This document shows positions 51,835 through 60,480 of a stretch of DNA of 64,000 nucleotides, piece after piece. The stretch is from an uncultured Gammaproteobacteria bacterium (GTDB lineage Bacteria > Patescibacteriota > Patescibacteriia > UBA9934), in assembly GCA_964582615.1 (NCBI GenBank), contig CAZORP010000006.1, positions 3,426 through 67,425 of the forward strand. The letters are read 5' to 3'. A program made the translations under genes and the position numbers. Each line of letters starts with the position of its first letter. The stretch's first letter is position 1. The notes beneath the pieces were generated by a model. It was not told where the DNA came from and did not search any database. It saw only the letters and a list, made by a program, of their open reading frames with translations.

Positions 51835-52253
51835 GGTTCTGGGGTGAGAGAAATGAGTCCGAGATTCTGGTAAGAGTTGGTGAGCTTTTCCTTCTCATCG
51901 TCCGTGAGATTTTGCTTTGTTGGGGTCGTAATCTGCACCTTGTTCGCGTACGCCTTGTGGCGGCTGCGCAACCAAAACGAAATCGCGGCGAAGTTTTGTT
52001 CCTTGATCGCGCTGATGAGTTGGGATTCTGCCATGTCGTTGATGAATCCCGTTCCTTCGCCAAGTGCCTCCTCGGTTTGCGCGGCGAATGTCACATCCTC
52101 CGCGATCCATCGGTAATACGTCGCGCGGGCGACGCCGAGCTTCTCGCACGCGACCTGGACGATCGGGATCTTGCGAAGGTGGTCGACAAGAAGCTTTTTC
52201 TGCTCTTCCTGCCGCTTGTCGATGAGCGGGCTATTTCGCTTTGTCCTTGGCAT
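51762..52253 (-). CDS. terS: Phage terminase small subunit (HTH type)
   Basis: ACEKLGVARATYYRWIAED HTH near the N-terminus. It overlaps the terL start. Confidence 0.65.
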   Translation of the reverse strand: MPRTKRNSPLIDKRQEEQKKLLVDHLRKIPIVQVACEKLGVARATYYRWIAEDVTFAAQTEEALGEGTGFINDMAESQLISAIKEQNFAAISFWLRSRHKAYANKVQITTPTKQNLTDDEKEKLTNSYQNLGLISLTPEPYDKQESPRPADAGSGDEQQDREN

Positions 52254-53034
52254 AAGTCGCGATCTTTACGGCTTTGATGCCGGTTTTCTTTTCGAACCGT
52301 TCGATGCCGGCGGCAACATATTCGGGATCGATTTCGACGCCGAAGCAACGGCGTCCCGTATCCTCGGCTGCAATAATTGCGGTGGAACTTCCGAGGAAGG
52401 CGTCATATACGACGTCACCGATCTGCGATGAGTTCAAGATCATCCGACGAATAAGCCCAACCGGCTTCATAGTGGGATGAATACCGGATTTCGAGGGTTT
52501 CGGGTACACAACCACGGATTTGTCCTTCGACTTGAAGAACCGGTGCGTGCCATACCAGCCATATGCGATGAGCTCGTGCTGACCGATGTAGTCGAGCCGC
52601 CCAATTACCGCGTGGTGCTTTACCCATACGAGCAACTGCGTGAACGTCATGCCCGCGTCGAGCATCCCTTCGCGCATGGCGAAGATCATCTTGTCGGCGT
52701 TGAACAGGTACGCGGCGTTCTTTTTCGCCATGTGCGGAATGACCGCTTCGAGCCATGCCTTCGTGAAGGCGCGGTACTGCTCGTCCGTCTGTTCGTGATC
52801 GTTCTGAATTTCTTTCTCCTTCGCGATCTTGATGTTCAGTCCTTGTTTGCTCGTTGCGTACGCGACTCCGTAAGGTGCGTCCGCGCAGATAAGCGCGACG
52901 CGTTCGCTACCAAGAAGTGCGGATACAAGACCCGCGTCGCAGCTGTCGCCGCAAGCGATGCGATGGTTGCCAAGAGAAAAAATGTCTCCGTAACTAATTG
53001 ATAAGTTTTGCTTTGTCTCCGGTGAGGGTTTCAT
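52231..53034 (-). CDS. Phage-type DNA methyltransferase (beta-class N6A/N4C, DNA_methylase N-4/N-6 family)
   Basis: Motif IV ICADAPYG comes before motif I VYDAFLGSSTAIIAA (beta-class order). Confidence 0.85.
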   Translation of the reverse strand: MKPSPETKQNLSISYGDIFSLGNHRIACGDSCDAGLVSALLGSERVALICADAPYGVAYATSKQGLNIKIAKEKEIQNDHEQTDEQYRAFTKAWLEAVIPHMAKKNAAYLFNADKMIFAMREGMLDAGMTFTQLLVWVKHHAVIGRLDYIGQHELIAYGWYGTHRFFKSKDKSVVVYPKPSKSGIHPTMKPVGLIRRMILNSSQIGDVVYDAFLGSSTAIIAAEDTGRRCFGVEIDPEYVAAGIERFEKKTGIKAVKIATYAKDKAK

Positions 53035-54298
53035 ATCTGTCGATAATTACTTGAGTGAACACAGGCGACTGTTCGATCATGTACGCTTTACGCTTCATTT
53101 GTTCGCACGAGGTCATGAGAGACCCCGATCCCGCACACAAATCCAACACGCAATCGCCAATTTTTGTGCATCGGCGTAGTGGTTTTTCGGCCAAGGTCGT
53201 CGGCTTTTCGGTAGGATGGGTGTAGTCTTGTCCGTTCACGCGTTTCGCGAGCCAAATATCCATCACGTCCCAGATATCGTCGATTGTGCGGTTGCCGGGT
53301 TGTACGTCGCGATTCAAAATTTCCGTGACGCTCGTGATCGCGCTATTGAGAAATGGTTTCCCAATGGTTCCGTACGCGCACGGCTCGTACCCCTTGTTAA
53401 ACGCGACCTGCGGAGTCATGTTGAACGAGTTCTTTACCCATAGGCACGTGCGCCTGTTCATGATGCCGAGTTCGCGGTACAGCTCTTGCAACATCCCAAC
53501 GTAGTTCTGGTCACACCACGAAAAGATGTGTGCGTCTTCAGCGAGAACCGCTTTTCCGTTTTCCAAACACGTCTTCAGGAACGCGCGATATTCGTCGTAC
53601 GTTTTCGCGTCGTTCACCTCGCCGCTGTATTTACCCTTCGTGCTAATGCCCTTGGAATAATCCAGCTTGATGTTGTACGGAAAGTCTGTGTAGAACATTT
53701 GGATCTTCGCGTCGCCGACAACCCGCTTCACGTTGTCGAGTACGGTTGAGTCCGCGCACAAGACGCGATGGTTTCCAAGTTGGTACAGCTGCCCATTCTT
53801 CACCCGCGTCGACTTCGCCTCCTTGACGGCGTGCTCCACGTCGAAGTTATCGTCCTCGGTGGAAAGGGAGTCGCCCCAGATGTCGTTGAGGTCGCCGTCG
53901 TCGAACCCGATGTCCAGCAGTTCGCCGATGTCGAACGCTTTCAGTAATTCGTAATCCCACGCGCCGGTGTTTTTGTTGAGACGAATTAAAAGCTCGCGTT
54001 CCTTTTCGAGGCTCGGAATGTTTACGAAGACAACGGGAACCTCAGTCATGCCGAGATCCTTGGCACACTGGAGTCTGAAGTGGCCGCCGATCAAAATGTT
54101 CTCACGCCCCTTGGCACAGTTCGCGATCAGTGGATCAACGAGGCCGAACTTACGGATGCTCTCGCGGAGCTTTTCCGCCGCGGGTTCGTCCCACGTGCGC
54201 GGGTTCTTCTCGTTCGCCTGCAATGAATTAATGGGTACGTTCACGATCCGGAGATCGCGTGCGGCCGTTTTTGACCGCACTAAAGAGGAACTCTTCAT
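52994..54298 (-). CDS. ParB-like nuclease domain fused to a DNA methyltransferase
   Basis: N-terminal ParB/Srx-like region (IVNVPINSLQANEKNPRTW...GGHFRLQCAKDLG). C-terminal MTase with motif IV YTDFPYN and motif I VLDLCAGSGSLMTS. Confidence 0.85.
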   Translation of the reverse strand: MKSSSLVRSKTAARDLRIVNVPINSLQANEKNPRTWDEPAAEKLRESIRKFGLVDPLIANCAKGRENILIGGHFRLQCAKDLGMTEVPVVFVNIPSLEKERELLIRLNKNTGAWDYELLKAFDIGELLDIGFDDGDLNDIWGDSLSTEDDNFDVEHAVKEAKSTRVKNGQLYQLGNHRVLCADSTVLDNVKRVVGDAKIQMFYTDFPYNIKLDYSKGISTKGKYSGEVNDAKTYDEYRAFLKTCLENGKAVLAEDAHIFSWCDQNYVGMLQELYRELGIMNRRTCLWVKNSFNMTPQVAFNKGYEPCAYGTIGKPFLNSAITSVTEILNRDVQPGNRTIDDIWDVMDIWLAKRVNGQDYTHPTEKPTTLAEKPLRRCTKIGDCVLDLCAGSGSLMTSCEQMKRKAYMIEQSPVFTQVIIDRYETLTGDKAKLIN

Positions 54299-54614
54299 AG
54301 GAAGAATCTCTTAAAGTGATGGAACGCAAACGCGTTCTTCATCGGTCGCGGGAGCTAATCCGCCGTACCTTCTCAAAGCACATGCCTTGTGCTACCTGCG
54401 AAGACCCCTTTGCCGCCTCCAGGGCGATCTGCTTGAAAATACAGTACAACACTATGGCAAATGCTACAAAGTAATTTGGCTAATATTAGCAATATAACAA
54501 AGTCGACAAAGTTGAAAAAGAGAAAAAGTCAGTCAACATTTACGCTAACGTTTGCATCGTTCTACGAAATAACTGTTTCAAGAAATTTTCAAAATATTTT
54601 CAGAATGAGTAACT

Positions 54615-54923
54615 TTGTCTGTGGATAAGTTATGTCACACGAAGTTGGAGTGCATACCGTTCTGGGAATGGAACGAAACGATGAAACCTGATACTGTTTC
54701 GTTAAATGTCCTTGATTTTGAAGCCTTTATGAATTCCGGTGAAGAGACACTTGTCAGCCTGATTGACACACATCTTTCCAGCGAACAGCGGACGCTCATG
54801 TCGTCAATTGATCTCGAAGCTGAAGTCGCGGATATTCTCGAAACCTTGAAAACGGAAGGGCTCGTTTCGTTTGGCGAACAAGTTGATGATTCCTATGCAC
54901 ATCAAGAAACTCAAGAAGAGTAA
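54615..54923 (+). CDS. Small strongly acidic protein, translationally coupled to the downstream ATPase
   Basis: 102 aa from a TTG start, or 80 aa from the internal ATG (MKPDTVSLNV...), very D/E-rich. It overlaps the first codons of the AAA_13 gene. An AT-rich promoter-like region lies upstream. Confidence 0.4.
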   Translation: MSVDKLCHTKLECIPFWEWNETMKPDTVSLNVLDFEAFMNSGEETLVSLIDTHLSSEQRTLMSSIDLEAEVADILETLKTEGLVSFGEQVDDSYAHQETQEE

Positions 54924-57267
54924 CAACGTATTCTCGTACGGCTCTTTTGAGTGGGATGCTATTAATCCTCAAAAACTACTCAATAACGATGGAAAACTGG
55001 TTGACAGTAAAAACGAATTTGAAAAATGCAACGTTCTCTTCGGAGAGAACGGGAACGGAAAATCAAAGTTGGTAAAAATTTTCCGTGCGCTGCACGATCC
55101 GCATCGGTCGTTGGAAAAGCATCGTGATTTGCAGGGACAGCCTCAGGAGATCGAAATTTTGTTTGACGACGACACGGTGACAACCAATGCTGGGAATGGG
55201 TGGTCGGACAGAAGAGCAGAAGGTAAATTTGTCATATTCGACAAGCATTACGTCGATGCGTTCGTGCATTCGCCGGGAACGCATGACGGAGACACTCCGC
55301 AACGAAAACAACAGCGAGGGAAAAACATCGTCTACCTTGGTAATTTCGGTAAATACAATGAAGAAATCGACAAACTTAACGACCTCAAAAACAAAATCAG
55401 GGATGAAAATGAGCGCGCCCTAAAAGCCCAGCATCAAATCATCAGTGGCATCATCACGCCCCATGGTTACACCATGGAACTCATTGGCCAAAGCCGGGCC
55501 GCCATCGAAACGGCCGATGTCGCGGGATTGGTTGAACTAAAGGATGCAAAGTTGAAAGTTGTAGAAGAGGTGACAAAAATACAGACCGCGATTTCCCAAT
55601 CCCAAAAAGTCAGCAATCTCGAGGCGCTCGCACTCCAATCGAGAAGCATTTTTTCTTTGACGGAAGAAGTCGGCGGAGTTGTTGCCGTCGTCAAAACGAC
55701 CGACCTGTTTGCGTTCACGGTCTCGGCAGGTATTCAAAAGACGATTCAGAAAATTGCAGGTAAAAAAGAATTCATTCACCAAGGCGTAGGATTGCTGACC
55801 AAGGACGCGGATACATGTCCATTTTGCGAACAATCAATCAGCGACTCTACGCATAAGCAAATCATCGACGACTACCAATCGATTTTCACGGAAACCTTCG
55901 AGCAGGAACAAATGCGAATTCGTCGCTTACTATCTTCGTACAAATCGCAACTTATAGCGCTGAGAGACCTGCAAATCACGAGCTCTGAAGCGTCGAAAAT
56001 CACAGCAGCATCTCCTTTCTTTTCCGATTTACCTGCATTGCCAAATCTTGCGCCTCCGGAAGAGGATCGCGAGATTCTTGAGGCGGAAATTTCCCTTGTC
56101 GAACAGAAGCTTAGCCAACTTCTTGAGAAGATCGACCCTCCCAACCAGGAACGTATTCGCGTAATTGCAGAAGCGACAGAACAGAGAATCGTCGAATATA
56201 ACCGCATCGCCGGAGAGGTAAATACAAAGATTGACGAATTGAAGAAAAATGCTCTCTCTGGCAAATTGAACGATCAGCTTGAATTATTAAAAAAGCGCCA
56301 TGTCGAATTAGACCAAAATATTTTTTTCATCGAGAACCAAAAGCCATTGCTTCGGTACTTTGCTTCCATCGACGACGACAAAAAGAACAAGAAAGTGGTA
56401 GCGGACCTCGAGGAGGTTTACCAAAACATGAAGGTGGCAATCGTGGACAAATTTACGTCCTTCGTCACGGATTACTTCTCGCTCATCGAGGATATCTTGG
56501 GACGCATCAGCCCAGGAATGGGAATCTTCGACATCACTGGCCAAGCTACTTATACCCGAGTCGGAAAAGAGCCGGCGCAATGTGGATTTCGAATTACGTA
56601 CAACGGTAATGAGTGTTCTGAGGGGTTGAGTGATGGCGAGAGACAGGCGGTCGCGCTTGCATATTTCTTTGCTCAGCTGGAAAAGCTCGCCGACAAGGAT
56701 AGGATCATCATCTTTGATGACCCCATCACGAATTTCGACACCGGAAAGCGGAAGGCGACGGCTGAGCTGATTTACAAAAAGTCCCTGGAATTCGCACAAA
56801 CGTTTGTGTTCACATGCGATCCGCTGTTCAGGGAATTCTGCCTCAAGGCAGGCACGGTGAAGGCGTATTCGATATACCATACTGGTGGCTCATCGGCTGT
56901 TTATTTTGTACCGAAGCATATCGCGCGAATCCAAGACGCATTCGAGGAGAGTATGCGCGGAATGGATTCTCTAACTGGAACGCCGGAGAATGTCGTTATA
57001 TTTGGTCAGAAGCTTCGTTTTTGTCTGGAAACGAAGATCAAGGAAGATTACTTCGGGTACTCAAAGGACAGCCTCCGTAATATGTTGGAAACTGTCTCCG
57101 CTCAAGGCGGACAGAAATTCCAAGATCTCATTTCAAACATGGATGAGATCGTGGAGATTTACAATTACTGCAACACTGGAGGGCTCGCGCATTATCCCAG
57201 GGATGGTTCTACAAGCTGGACTGAACTCAAAGGAATGGTTGCCAGATATTTTGCACTTGGCCTTTAA
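54871..57267 (+). CDS. AAA_13/ABC-type ATPase with a coiled-coil insert and CxxC zinc-hook motif (RloC/PrrC-like anticodon-nuclease architecture)
   Basis: Walker A GENGNGKSK near the N-terminus. A roughly 500-aa coiled-coil insert with DTCPFCEQ in the middle. ABC signature LSDGERQAVALAYFFAQ, Walker B IIIFDDP and D-loop near the C-terminus, followed by a 170-aa C-terminal domain. Confidence 0.65.
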   Translation: MANKLMIPMHIKKLKKSNNVFSYGSFEWDAINPQKLLNNDGKLVDSKNEFEKCNVLFGENGNGKSKLVKIFRALHDPHRSLEKHRDLQGQPQEIEILFDDDTVTTNAGNGWSDRRAEGKFVIFDKHYVDAFVHSPGTHDGDTPQRKQQRGKNIVYLGNFGKYNEEIDKLNDLKNKIRDENERALKAQHQIISGIITPHGYTMELIGQSRAAIETADVAGLVELKDAKLKVVEEVTKIQTAISQSQKVSNLEALALQSRSIFSLTEEVGGVVAVVKTTDLFAFTVSAGIQKTIQKIAGKKEFIHQGVGLLTKDADTCPFCEQSISDSTHKQIIDDYQSIFTETFEQEQMRIRRLLSSYKSQLIALRDLQITSSEASKITAASPFFSDLPALPNLAPPEEDREILEAEISLVEQKLSQLLEKIDPPNQERIRVIAEATEQRIVEYNRIAGEVNTKIDELKKNALSGKLNDQLELLKKRHVELDQNIFFIENQKPLLRYFASIDDDKKNKKVVADLEEVYQNMKVAIVDKFTSFVTDYFSLIEDILGRISPGMGIFDITGQATYTRVGKEPAQCGFRITYNGNECSEGLSDGERQAVALAYFFAQLEKLADKDRIIIFDDPITNFDTGKRKATAELIYKKSLEFAQTFVFTCDPLFREFCLKAGTVKAYSIYHTGGSSAVYFVPKHIARIQDAFEESMRGMDSLTGTPENVVIFGQKLRFCLETKIKEDYFGYSKDSLRNMLETVSAQGGQKFQDLISNMDEIVEIYNYCNTGGLAHYPRDGSTSWTELKGMVARYFALGL

Positions 57268-57270
57268 TGA

Positions 57271-57780
57271 TCAGGAGGCGAGGTTTGGATTCTCTTCCTT
57301 CAAAAACACGAAATACCAGAAGTGCTTGCCGTTGCGAATTTCACGGGCTTTGAGTTCTCCGATGCGCACTTTCTTTGCCACAGTCGAATGATGCCAGCCG
57401 AACTTTTTCTTAAAATCGTCTGACGAATACCAGCTCTTACGGTCGGTCGCAACGGTACCCGGAATCACGCCATCTTCGACCGCCTTTTGGCACGGGCGAC
57501 ACTTGATGCCGAACCTGTCGAACCAGCCCTCGCCGCCTTCTAAGTGTTGGTAGCAAACGATACAGTTGTATGTACCATTTGAAGGAACGGCGAAGCCATT
57601 AGGTTCCGCAACGAGCCGCTCTTTCCATCGTTCGATCCTCGTGTGGACGTTCAGCAGAGCGCGGTAGAAACCGAGCAGATTTTCTGAGTATTCCAGTGCC
57701 TGGGCGTCGGTCAGGTCCTGGTCGTACTCCTTCTTCCAAAGCTCCTTAAACGACTGAATCCGTTCGTCATTTGTGCGCAT
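57271..57780 (-). CDS. Zn-ribbon + HTH_17 (excisionase/MerR-like) DNA-binding protein
   Basis: CxxC...CxxC (NCIVCYQ...KCRPCQK) then C-terminal WYSSDDFKKKFGWHHSTVAKKVRIGELKAREIRNGKHFWYF, which fits the HTH_17 pattern. Probable start MRTNDERIQ, internal to the 242-aa ORF. A truncated paralog lies at 61798..62058. Confidence 0.5.
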   Translation of the reverse strand: MRTNDERIQSFKELWKKEYDQDLTDAQALEYSENLLGFYRALLNVHTRIERWKERLVAEPNGFAVPSNGTYNCIVCYQHLEGGEGWFDRFGIKCRPCQKAVEDGVIPGTVATDRKSWYSSDDFKKKFGWHHSTVAKKVRIGELKAREIRNGKHFWYFVFLKEENPNLAS

Positions 57781-57847
57781 AGGATTATTGTGAAAAGCCC
57801 TTGAAACCATCGTATTCCTGATTTGAGACACAAGCCATTCTCGTGTC

Positions 57848-58148
57848 TCATTTGTCTCATTTCGATGAGACCCGGGTGCCAGTTTGACCCCTCCAAAAGA
57901 CCCCTTAAACATTGTCGAAAGGTGAGTTCGAGACCCGTACGCCGAGCCAAGTGGAAACGGCTGGAGCAATCTGGTCGTTTTTACTTTTGTATCAGTCATT
58001 ATTAAGTGGTTCTAACCTTGCGGAATCGTTCTCAAGAGCCTTTTGCGATTCGAAGATAGGAACGAGCCAAGGATTGGGGTTAATGCTGAGCTTTCCGTTC
58101 AAAAGTGTCGGGTTCGAACTTGAAACAGTTCGAATTTTGTTTTATGCT
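57848..58148. repeat. Copy A of a conserved structured non-coding element upstream of the Zn-ribbon regulator (with a 130-bp insertion relative to copy B)
   Basis: Shares about 85% identity over roughly 110 nt with 62119..62259. Hairpin GTCTCAtttcgATGAGAC. Two GAGACCCG(G/T)(G/A)(T/C)GCC direct repeats and repeated GACCCCT motifs. A terminal hairpin GGTTCGAACttgaaacaGTTCGAAtt followed by ttttgtttta on the plus strand. Confidence 0.6.
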
Positions 58149-58157
58149 AGGAATTAT

Positions 58158-59360
58158 ATGCGTTCTGAAAAACAAAATAATTCACTCATCAAAACAGTAA
58201 TTACCATCCTCGCAGCTTCGGTTATTCAAATATCAGCAGGCTGGTTTTTGTTGAGTAATATTGTTTTTGCCGATTCGCACCCCAATCTCATTGAATCGAT
58301 TTTGTACTTTTTGCTCGTACTCACTTCTTACGCAGCAACTCTTGCGGTTTACATCAAGACAGCACGTGCGAAGCAGGCGGTACTGCTTGGAATACTTGGT
58401 TACTTCGCTTCAGCGGTAATACTTACACTCGCACCATTAATCAATGGTTTTTATGTAACAGGCGTTGGTGGCGTCGGGCTGGTCAGCCTATCGGTAATGA
58501 CCGTTCACCTAATAATTTTACTTTTCACACTCAAGTTACTGAAAATAAATAGAGAGGTGGGTAGGACTAAAATAGAGTTAAAGAATTTTGCAATTGCTTT
58601 TCTCTGTGTCGCCGTATCGTTATTTTTCATAGGCTTCTTCAAAACACTTGCATGGAATACTGAACCGAATTCATATTTGGCACTAGGCTATCTAGATCTA
58701 AAAGATCTAGCTGCGAGTATTAGGGAGTCGCTCTTTATGGGTCTGCTGAGTGTCATATTAGATCTCCGAATTCTAGGTATCTTAACGGCATACTCGGTAC
58801 TGATTTACATCTTATTGGGACGGGTAGGAAAACATCTGAATTTCAGCAAAAAGATTTTAGTTATATTTGTACCAATCTGGATCGTCATCGCTCTATTTGT
58901 AGCAATGAGTGGTCAAACATTGAAACAGGGTCTACATGACAATTTCAGTAATTTTCAACCAACTTGGGATAATCAAAGTTTGATCACTAATCATAAAGTT
59001 GAACTCAGCGGAGTTTCATTTACCGTTTGGTGCGATACCACTCTAGACGTAAGCGACCAAAGTATAGAATGTAAAAATCGCTATACGGTTTTACCTACGG
59101 ATCGTTTAAGGACACCACGAGACACGTATTCGAAACAGATCAACGTAGGTTTGTTTGAAAAAGTGGCGATTCAGTCAAATACCACAACAGAATGTGTTTA
59201 CACCGAAAACGATATACAGATTGATAATGCGTTTTTCACATTGAAAACGGAATGGTGTGATTCTAGAAACTTCCCAGTCATGGCAGGGATCGAATGGGAG
59301 GAGTTCATCTTGCCGTTAATGGAGTGTTTCGGTTTTGATAAGTGCGAAACGACTCAGTGA
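58158..59360 (+). CDS. Polytopic membrane protein with a C-terminal Cys-containing soluble domain; last gene of the island
   Basis: Start at MRSEKQNN (internal ATG of the 482-aa ORF). About 8 TM helices, then a 140-aa hydrophilic tail with 5 Cys. Confidence 0.45.
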   Translation: MRSEKQNNSLIKTVITILAASVIQISAGWFLLSNIVFADSHPNLIESILYFLLVLTSYAATLAVYIKTARAKQAVLLGILGYFASAVILTLAPLINGFYVTGVGGVGLVSLSVMTVHLIILLFTLKLLKINREVGRTKIELKNFAIAFLCVAVSLFFIGFFKTLAWNTEPNSYLALGYLDLKDLAASIRESLFMGLLSVILDLRILGILTAYSVLIYILLGRVGKHLNFSKKILVIFVPIWIVIALFVAMSGQTLKQGLHDNFSNFQPTWDNQSLITNHKVELSGVSFTVWCDTTLDVSDQSIECKNRYTVLPTDRLRTPRDTYSKQINVGLFEKVAIQSNTTTECVYTENDIQIDNAFFTLKTEWCDSRNFPVMAGIEWEEFILPLMECFGFDKCETTQ

Positions 59361-59442
59361 AGAATGCGGGCGATCTATGCAAACTGCGCCAATTCAGTCT
59401 CCAGTCCCGCCCAGTTTGTGGTTCTGAACGCGTCCAGAGTGC

Positions 59443-59489
59443 GGAGCCATGAGAAGGCGTGTGAGGTGACCCACATGTCTTGTCAAAAA
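59443..59489 (+). repeat. attR: right copy of the 47-bp direct repeat
   Basis: ggagccatgagaaggcgtgtgaggtgacccacatgtcttgtcaaaaa, 46/47 identical to 35599..35645. The downstream hairpin stem is partly co-varied (accaccat...atggcggt versus agtcgtc...ggcgact). Confidence 0.75.
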
Positions 59490-59677
59490 GTCGTCATTGA
59501 AAAAGGCGACTATCCCTTCTGGTATAGTTGCCAACATCTATACTCGAATTGTGGCATGTGCATTGCTACTCATGTTTATAACCCCTATACTCTTTATGTG
59601 GTTTATTGCGTACTACATGTCTGGCACGGACATAGCGACATGGACGGTCCTTATAGGACATAACGAGTAGCGCCTCT

Positions 59678-60427
59678 ATGAAGAAAAAATCAGTCATCAT
59701 CGGACTCCTAATTGTTCTCCTAGACATTGTTTTTATTTCTATTCTCATTATTTGGCAGACTGGTCTTCTACTGAACAAACTTGATTGGACCGCTCAGCTG
59801 GCCATCTGGGCACACAGCCCTGAAAAGTGCGAGGCACTAGCGCCTACCGAAAGTGTCCCGGCAGGTCCGAATGATGCCAAGGGTACGCCGTATACCGTCT
59901 ATCCTCGCGACGTTTGCTTGTCCTATTACCTTCATGCGACAGCGGATGCAACCACCTGCGACAAAATGACTGAGCAGAAGCATCGTAACCTTTGTTTTGA
60001 TTATCTAGCCGAAGTCTTTACTGATCCGCTTTGGTGCGACAGCGCATGGTCAACAAGTGAGTTGCTTAATATCCAATGTAAAGCTCGAGTGACAGGCGAT
60101 ATCACCCTGTGTGACGGAATAGACGGCTTGGGTTCTGTAGATGAGTATCTGACCCAAAAGGCCATGTGTATTAGTGCGGTGGCTTATACCAATAGAGATT
60201 ACACTCAGTGCTTAACTATTACCGCAACGCCCGAACGAACGGATACAACCCGAAACGCATGTTTATTAGACGCTGTGTGTGATAAGCCAGAATTGCGAGA
60301 GGTTGTTTGTGAACTCATAGACTATACAGATGAGTCCTGGCATAAAAGCAAGGACAAGTGTTTAGAAGAAACCGGATTTTGTTCCGATCTCTGGAATTCA
60401 CGATATGCCGTTCCATTTAAGAGGTAG
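59678..60427 (+). CDS. Membrane-anchored Cys-rich extracytoplasmic protein
   Basis: N-terminal TM anchor (VIIGLLIVLLDIVFISILIIW) followed by a 210-aa domain with about 18 Cys in CxxxC/CD patterns. Confidence 0.45.
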   Translation: MKKKSVIIGLLIVLLDIVFISILIIWQTGLLLNKLDWTAQLAIWAHSPEKCEALAPTESVPAGPNDAKGTPYTVYPRDVCLSYYLHATADATTCDKMTEQKHRNLCFDYLAEVFTDPLWCDSAWSTSELLNIQCKARVTGDITLCDGIDGLGSVDEYLTQKAMCISAVAYTNRDYTQCLTITATPERTDTTRNACLLDAVCDKPELREVVCELIDYTDESWHKSKDKCLEETGFCSDLWNSRYAVPFKR

Positions 60428-60480
60428 CTGCAAGTCAATCTGATTTTCGAGGGAAGCTGAAGCAGATCTATGATCAAGCG

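Larger units (their letters stand above)
35606..59489. mobile_element. Approximately 23.9-kb genomic island inserted at tRNA-Asn (recombinase, defence/R-M cargo, phage-derived module)
   Basis: Bounded by the 47-bp direct repeats. A large serine recombinase lies next to attL. The cargo is entirely accessory and defence-type genes, with composition shifts: AT-rich RT and hsdS, and a GC-rich block at 48.6-54.3 kb. Confidence 0.7.

Noticed and set aside
50093-52063. The full 656-aa terL ORF including its Arg-rich N-terminal 77 residues
   Set aside because: The extension is low-complexity (RRTRTRCRLRP...), overlaps terS and the DUF2779 3' end, and the conserved terminase sequence begins at MTSKNPL. 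The start is reassigned to about 51834.
59364-59663. 99-aa ORF spanning attR
   Set aside because: It runs across the direct repeat and the hairpin after it, is Cys/His/Tyr-rich with no start context, and is more likely non-coding att-flanking sequence.
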